Positions 46,027 to 55,922 of a stretch of DNA of 64,000 nt are shown here, in pieces (the stretch's first letter is position 1; the number at the start of each line of letters is the position of its first letter). The position numbers and the translations under genes are program-made. The notes under the pieces were generated by a model that searched no databases, was not told the origin of the DNA, and saw nothing but the letters and a program-made list of their open reading frames with translations. The stretch comes from Candidatus Eiseniibacteriota bacterium (GTDB lineage: Bacteria; Eisenbacteria; RBG-16-71-46; CAZAMP01): assembly GCA_965224245.1 (NCBI GenBank), contig OZ245046.1, forward strand, positions 1,504,001 to 1,568,000, read 5' to 3'.

Positions 46027-47406
46027 ATGCATGAGTGTCATCGGGTGGTGTGGAGCGAAGGGCTCCTGTTGAGTCCACACCACTTCCAGCAGTCCGACCT
46101 GTATCACGAGGCGCAGCTCGCCGAGCGGATGGCCCTCGCGCACCCGTACGGCTGGGGCATCCGCGAGCTCGACATCGACTCTGACGCGCTTCGCCGCGGC
46201 GAGTTCCGGGTGCTCGCATGCCGCGGGATCCTGCCCGGCGGCACCGTGGTCCGGATTCCCGAGTTCGACCCGCCGCCCCCGATCGTCAGCTTCCAGGACA
46301 CGTTCGACGTCCGTGACGAGACGCTCGACTTCTTTCTCGGAGTGCCGTCCCGGCGGACGGGATGGCCCAATCATGTGCGCCGTGGCGACGCGGGGGAGGG
46401 CACCGGCGAGGCCCGGTTCACGATCGCCGAGGTCACCGTGGCCGACGAGACCAGCGGCCGGAACGATCGTTCCATCGAGCGCGCCCAGCAGAACTTCAAG
46501 GTGCTGTTGCCACAGGACCAGCGCGAGCACTACGAGCACATCCCGCTGGCCCGGGTCACCCAGCAGGCCACCGGCGACTTCCGGCTGGTCGAGGAGTTCG
46601 TGCCGCCGGCGATCGCGCTCCAAGCCTCTCCGTATCTCGTGCGCGTCACGCGGGGGCTCCTGGAGCGGCTGAGTGCGCTCTCGACCAAGTTCGGCTCCCG
46701 CTTCGGGGACGGCGGGATCGACGCGCGCGACATCACGCCGGCCAACCTCCGGTTCTTTCTCCACTTCGCGGCCGTGAACACGGCGATCCCGGCGCTCGCG
46801 CATCTCCGGGAGCACCCCAGCGCGCACCCCGAGGTGGCGTACCGCGCGCTCTCGGCGCTGGCCGGGCAGCTGACGGCGTTCAAGGCCAGCCGCTTCCATC
46901 CCCGCGACGTCCCGCTGTACCGGCACGACGCGCTGGGGAAGACCTTCGCCGACCTCGAGCGGATCCTCATCGAGCTGCTCGACATCCGCGACGAGGACCA
47001 GGGCTACGGCGTGCTCCAGCTCGACTCGGACGGGCACGGGCGCTACGCGGTCGTCGTGGACGACCGCTACCTGAGCGGGTCCGCGGCCCTGATCCTGTCG
47101 GTGGCCAGCGAGGGGCTCAGCGAGGATCAGATCCAGGACGTCGTGCGGCGGGGGCGCTTGATCGTGGCCTCGGCCGACGCGATCGACGCGAAGATCGCGC
47201 GCAACATCCCGGGCCTGCCCCTGGCCCACCTGAGTCGGCCGCCGTCGGTCATCCCGCCGCGCGGCGGCACCCTCTACTTCGAGCTGGACCGTCGCGATCG
47301 CGAATGGGAGGCCATCTCGGCCACGAAGAAGATCGCCGTGCAGATCCCGGCCGAGCTGCGTGACGGCTCGACGATCGAGCTGCTGGGCGTGGAGGCACGC
47401 CGATGA
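46027..47406 (+). CDS. tssK: T6SS baseplate subunit TssK
   Basis: RVVWSEGLLLSPHHFQQSD, YGWG, GILPGG, HPE, YRHD, YFELD. Confidence 0.95.
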   Translation: MHECHRVVWSEGLLLSPHHFQQSDLYHEAQLAERMALAHPYGWGIRELDIDSDALRRGEFRVLACRGILPGGTVVRIPEFDPPPPIVSFQDTFDVRDETLDFFLGVPSRRTGWPNHVRRGDAGEGTGEARFTIAEVTVADETSGRNDRSIERAQQNFKVLLPQDQREHYEHIPLARVTQQATGDFRLVEEFVPPAIALQASPYLVRVTRGLLERLSALSTKFGSRFGDGGIDARDITPANLRFFLHFAAVNTAIPALAHLREHPSAHPEVAYRALSALAGQLTAFKASRFHPRDVPLYRHDALGKTFADLERILIELLDIRDEDQGYGVLQLDSDGHGRYAVVVDDRYLSGSAALILSVASEGLSEDQIQDVVRRGRLIVASADAIDAKIARNIPGLPLAHLSRPPSVIPPRGGTLYFELDRRDREWEAISATKKIAVQIPAELRDGSTIELLGVEARR

Positions 47407-48071
47407 CGACCGCGTCGCATGCGACGTCGGCCGCATCCGACGCCGGCGCGGCGGGAGCGCTCGTGGCGGCGTCGGGTCCCTTGCTCTCGCTGATCATCGT
47501 GCTCCGCCGCGCGAAGGACCTGGACGCATTCGGTGACATCCGGGGGACGGTGGCGCGCCTCGTCGAGGATCTCCGGACGAGGGCGCGCATGGAGCGGATG
47601 AACCCGCGCGACGTCGACGACGTGATCTACGCCCTGGCGGCCACGATCGACGAGACGCTCCTGATGGCCGACTGGTCCGGTCGTAGTCCCTGGGCGCAGG
47701 AGCCCCTGGCGCGACGCTACTGCAACGACGAGTTCGTCGGCGTGGGGTTCTTCGACAAGCTCGAAGCCCTGCGTCTGGACTTCGCCGCGCGACGCGACGT
47801 GGTCGAGGTGTTCTACTACTGCCTCGTCGCCGGCTTCCGGGGCCGAATGGCCGAGGATCCGGCTGCGTTCGATCGGCTGATGAGCGCCCTCTCGGCCGAT
47901 CTGCAGCCGGGTTCCCGGGAGCTCTCTCCGGATCTCGGCGCGGCGCGCGGGGGGCGGCTGCGCGCGACGGTCAACCGCTTCCCGTTCATCTGGATCTTCG
48001 TCGTGCTCGGCGCGACCGTCTTCATCTTCTACCTGGTTGCGTCACTCTACCTGGCGAGCGTCGCGACGTGA
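47403..48071 (+). CDS. tssL: T6SS DotU/TssL
   Basis: YALAATIDE, W...PL, GVGFFDKL, EVFYYCLVAGFRG; C-terminal TM, no OmpA domain. Confidence 0.92.
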   Translation: MTTASHATSAASDAGAAGALVAASGPLLSLIIVLRRAKDLDAFGDIRGTVARLVEDLRTRARMERMNPRDVDDVIYALAATIDETLLMADWSGRSPWAQEPLARRYCNDEFVGVGFFDKLEALRLDFAARRDVVEVFYYCLVAGFRGRMAEDPAAFDRLMSALSADLQPGSRELSPDLGAARGGRLRATVNRFPFIWIFVVLGATVFIFYLVASLYLASVAT

Positions 48072-48143
48072 GCACGTTGGGAGCCGGCGAGGTCCGGCAC
48101 ATGGGGTCGGTGACGCCCTCGGTGTCACCCGAGGAGAGCTGAC

Positions 48144-51100
48144 GTGGCCATGCTGTTGCCGATGTTGCTGCCGATCGGGCTGCCGGTCGCGTTGCTGATA
48201 CTCGTTCTGTTCCTGGCCCGGGCGAAGTTCGCGTTCCTGGCCGCGCTCCCGCTGTGGGTGTTTCTGGGGATCGTGGCGCTTCTCCTCGTCGTGGCGGCTC
48301 TGATCATCGTCATCCGCATCCGCAAGCAGAAGGCGGACGCCGCCGCGCTCGAGGCGGGGATCCTCGACGCGAAGGGTGGAGAGGGCGTCTCCCAGGCCGA
48401 CCTGGACCAGATGCAGGAGAAGCTCCGCGACGCGGTGGCGCGCCTGAAGGCCGGCCCCGAGGGGGCCAAGGCGCTGTACTCGATCCCGTGGTACCTGGTC
48501 ATGGGGCCGCCGGCCATCGGAAAGACGACGCTGATCCGGAACTCGGGTCTCGACTTCCCGAACCTCACCACCGCCGAGAAGATGCGCGGCACCGGCGGCA
48601 CGCGCGACTGCGACTGGTGGTTCAGCTCCGATGCGATCCTGCTGGATACCGCGGGACGGTACGCGCAGAGCCGAGAACGCACGGACTCCGAGGAGTGGAA
48701 CGCGTTCCTGGACCTTCTGAAGAAGCACCGCCGGCAGGGCCCCATCAACGGTCTCATCCTGGGCTACAGCATCGAGACCCTGATCGACAAGGACGACAGC
48801 CACCTCGTGGACTCGGCGCGCGAGCTGCGCCAGCTCCTGGACGACGTGCTGGAGCGCCTGGGCTGGACCTTCCCCACGTACGTGCTGTTCACGAAGTGCG
48901 ACCTGATCGCGGGGTTCGTCGAGTTCTTCTCGTCGCTCTCACCGCTCGAGCGCCAGGCCGCCTGGGGCTTTCCCGTGGAGGTCGCCGAGGGACCCGAGCA
49001 GCACGCGGCGGAACGCTTCTCCGAGCGCTTCCGGCGTCTCGTCGAGCGGACGCGTGCGCTCCGGGCCGGCCGCATCCGGCCCAGCGCCGGCGTGGACGAC
49101 TGGTCGCGTGCGATCACGTTCCCCGAAGCGTTCGAGAGCCTCGAGCGCAAGCTGCACCTGTTCATCGAGACGCTGTTCGCACCCAACCCGTACAAGCGGG
49201 ACTATCCGCTGCTCCGTGGCGTGTACTTCTCGAGCGGCTGTCAGGACGGGGCGCCGTTCGACCTCGTGGTCAAGGAGATCGAGCGGGTGCTCGGCGGCGC
49301 CTCTCACGATCGAGGCGACGCGCTGGTGCCGACCGAGGATGCGTACTTCGTCCAGGAGCTCTTCTCCAAGGTGCTCGCGACCGACCGGCAGCTCGTCCAG
49401 CGCACCCACCGGGAGGGGAAGCGCCGGTTCCGGATGCGCGCGATCCTCAGCGCCTGCATGGGCGTGGTGACGGTGCTGTCGTGCCTGTGGTTCGCCACCT
49501 CGTGCACGCTGGTCAAGAACAAGATCGATGCGTCCCAGGGGCTGGAGGAGAAGCTACAGCGCGACGACGGCTCGAACATGGTCTACACGTTGAATCTCCT
49601 CGATCAGCTGTATGGAGAGGTGTCCGGCTCGTTCCGGGTCCTCCCGTTCGTCGTGGCCAGGGCCCCGCGTGAGGACCTCCGAGAGGCCTACCGGCGCGCG
49701 TCCCGCGAGAAGGTGCTCGGTCCCCTCGAGAAGGAGCTGCTCGAGAAGGGCCGGGACGCGTCGCTTCCCGCGTTCGAGGTGCGCGATCTCCTGACCACCG
49801 AGGTGCTGCTCCTGTCGCCCGAGAATCAATCGGCCGTCCCGGACACCGCGCGCTTCCAGCGTACGCTGCGAGAGCTCGCCCGGTTCGACGGCGACACGCC
49901 GGTCCGCACCGTCGACCAGCTGCGCGAGGTGGGGAGGCGGTTCCTGGAGAGCGGCGAGCCGCTGCGGCCGACGACGGAGGACGATCGCCAGCAGATGCGG
50001 CGGTGGGCGCGAAGGCTCAACGCCAGCCACCATCCCGAGGCCATCGTGGCCGCCATCGTGGCCGAGGCGGCCGACGCTCTGGACGATCTCGAGCTGTCCG
50101 ATCTCCTGGGCTCCACCGACGACGACCTTCTCCGCGGCAGCCGGGAGATTCCGGCGGCGTACGCGCGCGACGGCTGGGAGCGCGTGGTGTATCCCCGACT
50201 CTCGTCGCTCGACGACTGGATCGAGGGCGATCGCACCCTCATTCGACTGGTCGGCGAGACGCCACGCGACGACCCCACGCTCCGCGAAGACGTCGTGACC
50301 TACTACGCCGAGGAGCTGGCCGACGCGTGGAGCGACTTCCTCCGGTCCGTCTCCCTGCGCACCGGAAGCAGCTGTGACGAGGCGTCGTCGGCCTATCGCA
50401 CGCTCAAGAGCGGCACCCGCTCGCCGCTTCTGGCTCTTCTGAAGAACGCGGCCGCCCAGGTGAGCTTCGAAGGGGGACCGGCCGATGCGATCGGGGTGGG
50501 CTCGGGGCTCCTGGTGCCCATCCGGCGACAGACCGCCCCGTTGACGGACATGGTCGCCGAGCCCGAGGACGGCGCCGCGCCGATCGAGATGTACGAGGAG
50601 ATCCTGGGGGACCTCTACCACGAGGTCGGCGAGTGCGCCGACGAGCCCGGACGCGACCCCGAGGGGCTGGAGGACATCGAGGACTTCGCATCGGACTATC
50701 GTGACGACCACGCGGGCTCCGACATCTCGAGGTCTCTGGAGCTGCTGCTGCAGGCGCCGGGCGAGGACGTGAAGACGCTCCACGCCTCGGCGAAGATCGG
50801 CGAGACGATCGGTCGCTGGCAGCGGGGTGTAGTTGACGAGTGGAGGACGGTCGCGTCCAGCTACCCGTTCGATGGCCGCTCGTCGTCCGGCGCGGACGTG
50901 AAGGCCGTTTGTGACGTTCTCCGGCGTGACGGCGCCATCGATGCGTTCGTGGAGACGCTCGGCGAGCGGGGCCGACAGCCGGGCGCGGCGCTCGAGCGTG
51001 CGCGAACCCGACTGACGCAGGTGCGGCGTGGCATCGAGATCGGCGACGGGACACTCGAGACGAGCTTCCGGATCACGTTCCGGTCCAGCTCGGACTGGAT

Positions 51101-51500
51101 CTCGGCGTCGACACCCGAGGGGGAGGAGAACAGACGGAGGATCGACACCGTTCGCTTCTTCGTAAACGGCGACGAGAAGGTCGTCCGCGGCAACACCGAC
51201 GAGCACGTGTTCACGTGGTCGAGCGGCGACGACGATCTCACGTGCGGGATCGAGCTGGTGTACGGCGGTCGCACCATCGGCGAGCTGCGCCGATCGGGGC
51301 CCTGGGGCGCCTTCCAGCTGTTCGATGCGGCCCGGATGACGCCGACCGGTGCCTCCGGCACGTATCGCGTCACGTGGTCGTTCCCCGACGCGGGCGTGAC
51401 GCTCGAGGTGCTCCTGCGCACGGAGAGCGGGGAGCCGTCGCCGTTCGCCCGGGACTCCGCGTTCCGCGGCTTCGCTCTCCCCGACTCTCCGATCGAGTAG
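48144..51500 (+). CDS. tssM: T6SS membrane complex TssM/IcmF
   Basis: LYSIPWYLVMGPPAIGKTT, GTRDCDWWF, LDTAGRY, PINGLI, TKCDLIAGFVEFF, GPWGAFQLFD. Confidence 0.95.
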   Translation: MAMLLPMLLPIGLPVALLILVLFLARAKFAFLAALPLWVFLGIVALLLVVAALIIVIRIRKQKADAAALEAGILDAKGGEGVSQADLDQMQEKLRDAVARLKAGPEGAKALYSIPWYLVMGPPAIGKTTLIRNSGLDFPNLTTAEKMRGTGGTRDCDWWFSSDAILLDTAGRYAQSRERTDSEEWNAFLDLLKKHRRQGPINGLILGYSIETLIDKDDSHLVDSARELRQLLDDVLERLGWTFPTYVLFTKCDLIAGFVEFFSSLSPLERQAAWGFPVEVAEGPEQHAAERFSERFRRLVERTRALRAGRIRPSAGVDDWSRAITFPEAFESLERKLHLFIETLFAPNPYKRDYPLLRGVYFSSGCQDGAPFDLVVKEIERVLGGASHDRGDALVPTEDAYFVQELFSKVLATDRQLVQRTHREGKRRFRMRAILSACMGVVTVLSCLWFATSCTLVKNKIDASQGLEEKLQRDDGSNMVYTLNLLDQLYGEVSGSFRVLPFVVARAPREDLREAYRRASREKVLGPLEKELLEKGRDASLPAFEVRDLLTTEVLLLSPENQSAVPDTARFQRTLRELARFDGDTPVRTVDQLREVGRRFLESGEPLRPTTEDDRQQMRRWARRLNASHHPEAIVAAIVAEAADALDDLELSDLLGSTDDDLLRGSREIPAAYARDGWERVVYPRLSSLDDWIEGDRTLIRLVGETPRDDPTLREDVVTYYAEELADAWSDFLRSVSLRTGSSCDEASSAYRTLKSGTRSPLLALLKNAAAQVSFEGGPADAIGVGSGLLVPIRRQTAPLTDMVAEPEDGAAPIEMYEEILGDLYHEVGECADEPGRDPEGLEDIEDFASDYRDDHAGSDISRSLELLLQAPGEDVKTLHASAKIGETIGRWQRGVVDEWRTVASSYPFDGRSSSGADVKAVCDVLRRDGAIDAFVETLGERGRQPGAALERARTRLTQVRRGIEIGDGTLETSFRITFRSSSDWISASTPEGEENRRRIDTVRFFVNGDEKVVRGNTDEHVFTWSSGDDDLTCGIELVYGGRTIGELRRSGPWGAFQLFDAARMTPTGASGTYRVTWSFPDAGVTLEVLLRTESGEPSPFARDSAFRGFALPDSPIE

Positions 51501-51509
51501 CGAGGCGTC

Positions 51510-52394
51510 ATGGCTCAGTACGGATGCTTCGGCAAGCTTCCGGTCAGCTACGAGTTCATCCGCTCGCGTCTCGCCGAGCTGGCGCCCACCGGCATGGATC
51601 GCTGGATCGGGGACGGGCTCGGCATGGCCCGGGCCGAGGTCGGTCCCGGCTACGCCAACGCGGTCCGGGAGATGCCGACCTATCACTTCGTGTGGTCGAT
51701 GGGCGGTCCCGCCGTCGCCGGGGCACTGCGTGCCGGCCGGGACGAGGCGGGGCGCGCGCACCCGTTCGTGGTCTTCGCCTCGGTCGGCGATCCGGTCGGG
51801 GGTGGAGGCGGCTGGACACCGGCGGAGGTCGGCGCCGTCGTGCGAGCCGCCGAGCGAGCCGGGGCGGCCGCCGCCGAGGCGCGCACCGAGGACGACGTGA
51901 AGGCATGCGTCGCGGCGGCGCGCGAGCTCGACGACGCACTGACCGACAGTGAACGCGTGCTCGACGTCGCCGGTGCGGCACCACTCGCGCGAGCTCTGGG
52001 TATCGCCGGCGGACGCGACGGGTTCCGGGCCGCGCTCACCTGGCCGGATGCGGCCGCACGCACCGGCTTCGAATGTCCGATCGGGGCCCGTGACGGGATC
52101 GATGCGTTCGGCGACGTCGCATTCTGGGAGCGGCTCACGTGCGCACGGGCCGGGCTGAGGCCTGGGACCGGCGTATGGTTCTGGACCGCGCCCGGCGGCG
52201 GTGTCGCGGGGCGCTGGATCCGGTTTTCGGACTCGCCGGGCCCGCGAGCATTCGTGACGCTCCTTCGGCGCCGTGACGACGACCCCGAGGTCCACCACGT
52301 GGCGCGCCCCGCCGATGCGGCCGCCGATCCCCTTGCAGGTGGTGATGCCGAGGGCGGGGAGGAGACGCTGGCCCGCCTTCTCTCGGGGCTCTGA
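51510..52394 (+). CDS. tagF: T6SS-associated TagF
   Basis: GCFGKLPVSYEFI, DRW, GRDEAGRAHPF. Confidence 0.85.
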   Translation: MAQYGCFGKLPVSYEFIRSRLAELAPTGMDRWIGDGLGMARAEVGPGYANAVREMPTYHFVWSMGGPAVAGALRAGRDEAGRAHPFVVFASVGDPVGGGGGWTPAEVGAVVRAAERAGAAAAEARTEDDVKACVAAARELDDALTDSERVLDVAGAAPLARALGIAGGRDGFRAALTWPDAAARTGFECPIGARDGIDAFGDVAFWERLTCARAGLRPGTGVWFWTAPGGGVAGRWIRFSDSPGPRAFVTLLRRRDDDPEVHHVARPADAAADPLAGGDAEGGEETLARLLSGL

Positions 52395-52426
52395 TCGGCT
52401 CGGTGGCCCGGTGAGCGCGTTTGCGC

Positions 52427-52454
52427 TTTACTTGCTCCGGACGTGCCTTACACT
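52427..52454 (+). promoter_or_regulatory. possible internal promoter for tssA-H
   Basis: AT-rich gap; TTTACT, 16 nt, TACACT. Confidence 0.35.
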
Positions 52455-52546
52455 GTTCCGGTTATCAATTCTCGACATGCGCGTCGACACTCGTCGGGCT
52501 CCCGTCGAGGGACCGGCGCGCCGCCCGGGAGGTCGGAGGGAACAAC

Positions 52547-53644
52547 GTGCCCAGTGCGGAACGCCTCGATTTTGCCGCTCTCCTCGCACCCATCTCGGAC
52601 GACGCTCCCGCGGGACCCGATCTCCGCGAAGATCCGTCGCCCACGGCCCCGTATCGTCAGATCAAGGACGCCCGACAGGCGGCGCTTCGCGCCGAGCGGG
52701 AGATCGTCGATGAGGACGCACCGAGCGTCACCGCGCTCTGGCGCCCCGTCATCGATCTGGCCCCGTCGACGCTGGCCACGGGTTCGAAGAACCTGGACGT
52801 CACGGCGTGGCTCATCCAGGCACTGGTGCGCGTTCACGGCTTCGCGGGTATCCGCGACGGCTATCGCCTCGTGCGCGAGCTCTGCGAGACGTTCTGGGAC
52901 ACGGTCTATCCCCTTCCCGACGAGGACGGCTTCGAGGGACGCGTCGCGCAGCTCGCCGGGCTCAACGGGCTGGAGACCGATGGGCCGCTCGTGAAGGCGA
53001 TCAACCAGATCGTGATCACCGAGGGACAATCCGTCGGTCCGTTCGCGTTGTGGGAGTATCGCCAGGCCCAGGAGATCGAGCGCATCACGGACCCCGAGGC
53101 GAAGGAACGTCGCGTGTCCGGTGGTGGCATCTCGATGGAGAAGTTCAAGATCGCCGTCTCGGAGAGCTCGCTGGAGTTCTTCGTGACGCTCCGGGACGAC
53201 GCCCGTGCCGCCCTCGAGTCCTTCGAGACGTGCACCGCCGTGCTCGACGAGCGATGCGGCGGCGAGTCACCCCCGTCGTCGTACATCCGCAACGCGCTTC
53301 GCGACGCGCTCGGCGTGGTGGAAGCGATCTGCGCCGAGGTGATCCCCGAGCCCGTCGAGGACGAGGTCGAGGCGATCGGTGACGGGGCATCCGGTGACGG
53401 AGAGGGTGGGGGCGGTGGCACGCCCGGCGCGCTCAAGTCCCGCGAGGACGCGTTCCGGATGCTGGCCAAGGTGGCCGAGTACTTCCGCCGTGCCGAGCCG
53501 CACTCGCCGGTGTCGTACGCGCTGGAGCAGGCCGTTCGCTGGGGACGGATGCCGCTGCCGGATCTCTGGGCCGAGCTGATACCGGACTCCAGCGCTCGCG
53601 AGGAGCTGTTCAAGGTCACCGGAATCCGGAGCGAGGATACGTAA
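52547..53644 (+). CDS. tssA: T6SS TssA (ImpA_N domain)
   Basis: LLAPISDDAPAGPDLR, SKNL, FWDTVYP, YFRRAEPHSPV, RWGRMPL. Confidence 0.92.
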   Translation: MPSAERLDFAALLAPISDDAPAGPDLREDPSPTAPYRQIKDARQAALRAEREIVDEDAPSVTALWRPVIDLAPSTLATGSKNLDVTAWLIQALVRVHGFAGIRDGYRLVRELCETFWDTVYPLPDEDGFEGRVAQLAGLNGLETDGPLVKAINQIVITEGQSVGPFALWEYRQAQEIERITDPEAKERRVSGGGISMEKFKIAVSESSLEFFVTLRDDARAALESFETCTAVLDERCGGESPPSSYIRNALRDALGVVEAICAEVIPEPVEDEVEAIGDGASGDGEGGGGGTPGALKSREDAFRMLAKVAEYFRRAEPHSPVSYALEQAVRWGRMPLPDLWAELIPDSSAREELFKVTGIRSEDT

Positions 53645-53751
53645 GCCGCCGCCCCGCGGCGCCCGACCCCATCCGCCCCGGGCGGACGGGTCGGTGAAAC
53701 CGAGTCACGAACGTCGCAAGCACGCTTGGACCGCCAGAACGGAGGAACACG

Positions 53752-54276
53752 ATGGGGAGCGTTCACGACAAGCTCAAGCGCGTGCGAAAACCACGCGTGC
53801 ACATCACGTACGAGGTCGAGACCGGCAACGCCATGGTCAAGAAGGAGCTGCCGTTCGTCGTGGGTGTGATGGGTGACTTTTCCGGCGATCCGACCTCGCC
53901 GTTGAAATCGATGAAGGATCGCAACTTCGTCCAGATCGACCGCGACAACTTCAACGACGTGATGACCAAGATGACCCCGGGAGTCAACCTCAAGGTCGCC
54001 AACACGATCAAGGGCGACGGCAGCGAGATGGCGGTCAATCTTCAGTTCAAGTCGATCGAGGACTTCGAGCCCGGCCGCATCGTGGACCAGGTCGAGCCGC
54101 TGAAGAAGCTGCTCGAGACCCGCAACAAGCTCCGCGATCTCATGTCCAAGGTGGATCGCTCGGAGGACCTCGAGGCCGTCCTCGAGAAGGTGCTGCAGAA
54201 CAGCGAGGACATCAAGGCAATCGCCAGCCAGCTCGGCGTCGAGGCGCCGTCGGGCGACGAAGGAGGTGACGCGTGA
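53752..54276 (+). CDS. tssB: T6SS sheath small subunit
   Basis: [33 protein letters not shown]. Confidence 0.97.
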   Translation: MGSVHDKLKRVRKPRVHITYEVETGNAMVKKELPFVVGVMGDFSGDPTSPLKSMKDRNFVQIDRDNFNDVMTKMTPGVNLKVANTIKGDGSEMAVNLQFKSIEDFEPGRIVDQVEPLKKLLETRNKLRDLMSKVDRSEDLEAVLEKVLQNSEDIKAIASQLGVEAPSGDEGGDA

Positions 54277-55760
54277 GCGCCGAAGAGGAAAAGGTAGAAG
54301 GCCAGGCCGCGGAAGCCACCACCGAGGAGGCGTCTCTACTCGATCAGGCCATCGCCGCGACCAAGAAGACCGAGCGTTCCGAAGCCGAGAGCCTGCTCAA
54401 GACGCTCACCGAAGAGGCCATGAAGGGAACGGTCACGTGGGACAAGAACCTCACCGTGACCTTCAACAAGGCCGTGGCCGGAATCGACGAGATCATCTCC
54501 AAGCAGCTCGCCGAGATCATGCACGCCGACAAGCTCCAGAAGCTCGAGGGCACCTGGCGCGGCCTGCATCATCTCGTCATGAACAGCGAGACCGGCGCGG
54601 GGCTCAAGATCAAGGTCTTCAACGCGACCAAGAGGGAGGTCCAGAAGGACCTAGAGAAGGCCGTGGAGTTCGATCAGAGCAACTGCTTCAAGAAGCTCTA
54701 CGAGAACGAGTTCGGACAGCCCGGAGGCGAGCCGTACGGCGCGCTGATCGGGGACTATGCGTTCTCGAGCCACCCCGACGACATCGACATGCTCACGAAC
54801 ATGTCGAACGTCGCCGCGGCGGCATTCTGTCCGTTCATCAGCGCCGCGGCCCCGGAGCTCTTCGGGTTCGACAGCTGGGAGGAGCTCTCCAAGCCGCGTG
54901 ACCTGGAGAAGGTCTTCGAGTCCGCCGAGTTCGCCAAGTGGCGCTCGTTCCGTGAGTCCGACGACTCGCGCTTCGTGAGCCTGGCCATGCCGCGGGTGCT
55001 CTCGCGCCTGCCATACGGCTCGGCGACCAAGCAAATCGACGAGTTCGAATACGAGGAGTTCGAGACCGACTCCAAGGGACGGCACGTCAACGTGAAGCAC
55101 GACAACTACACGTGGATGAACGCCGCCTACGTCATGGGAACGCGGCTGACGGACGCCTACTCGCAGTACGGATGGTGCACCGCGATCCGCGGCGCCGAGG
55201 GCGGCGGCAAGGTGGAGGGCCTTCCGGCACACACCTTCACCACCGACGACGGCGACACCGACCTCAAGTGTCCGACCGAGATCGCCGTCACCGATCGCCG
55301 CGAGGCGGAGCTCTCGAAGCTCGGGTTCCTGCCCCTCAGCCACTACAAGAACACCGACTACGCGGTGTTCATGGGCGGCCAGACCTGCCAGAAGCCGAAG
55401 GTGTACGACGACGCCGACGCGACCGCGAACGCGGCCATCTCGGCGCGGCTGCCGTACATCATGGCCACGTCGCGCTTCGCCCACTACCTGAAGGTGATGG
55501 GGCGCGACAAGATCGGGTCGTTCATGGAGGCATCCGACGCCGAGGCGTGGCTGAATCGCTGGATCATGAACTACGTGAACTCCAACGCCTCGTCCGGACA
55601 GGAGATGAAGGCGAAGTTCCCGCTTCGTGACGCGAAGGTGGAGGTCAAGGAGATCCCGGGCGCGCCGGGCAGCTACAACGCCGTGGCCTGGCTGCAGCCG
55701 TGGCTTCAGATGGAGGAGCTGACGACCTCACTCCGCATGGTCGCGCGCATTCCGGGCTGA
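54273..55760 (+). CDS. tssC: T6SS sheath large subunit
   Basis: [48 protein letters not shown]. Confidence 0.97.
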   Translation: MSAEEEKVEGQAAEATTEEASLLDQAIAATKKTERSEAESLLKTLTEEAMKGTVTWDKNLTVTFNKAVAGIDEIISKQLAEIMHADKLQKLEGTWRGLHHLVMNSETGAGLKIKVFNATKREVQKDLEKAVEFDQSNCFKKLYENEFGQPGGEPYGALIGDYAFSSHPDDIDMLTNMSNVAAAAFCPFISAAAPELFGFDSWEELSKPRDLEKVFESAEFAKWRSFRESDDSRFVSLAMPRVLSRLPYGSATKQIDEFEYEEFETDSKGRHVNVKHDNYTWMNAAYVMGTRLTDAYSQYGWCTAIRGAEGGGKVEGLPAHTFTTDDGDTDLKCPTEIAVTDRREAELSKLGFLPLSHYKNTDYAVFMGGQTCQKPKVYDDADATANAAISARLPYIMATSRFAHYLKVMGRDKIGSFMEASDAEAWLNRWIMNYVNSNASSGQEMKAKFPLRDAKVEVKEIPGAPGSYNAVAWLQPWLQMEELTTSLRMVARIPG

Positions 55761-55771
55761 TCTCGCCATCG

Positions 55772-55800
55772 GGGCGGGCTCTTCGCGGGCCCGCCCGTTT
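55772..55800 (+). terminator. GC hairpin with a short T-run after tssC (terminator or mRNA stabiliser)
   Basis: GGGCGGGCTC-ttcgc-GGGCCCGCCC-gttt. Confidence 0.6.
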
Positions 55801-55922
55801 CGATCACCGTCTTCATCGCGCCGGACGGGCCTCGGTGCAAGACGTCCGGCGCCGGCTCGGGGGGCGCGATCCCCGCTCCGGGGGTGCGCCCTCCTTCAGT
55901 TTCTTCGAGGTGAACGTCGAGC

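Noticed and set aside
55761-55922. Hidden hcp or small gene between the two tssC genes
   Set aside because: The gap is only ~160 nt, contains a hairpin and has no credible ORF.
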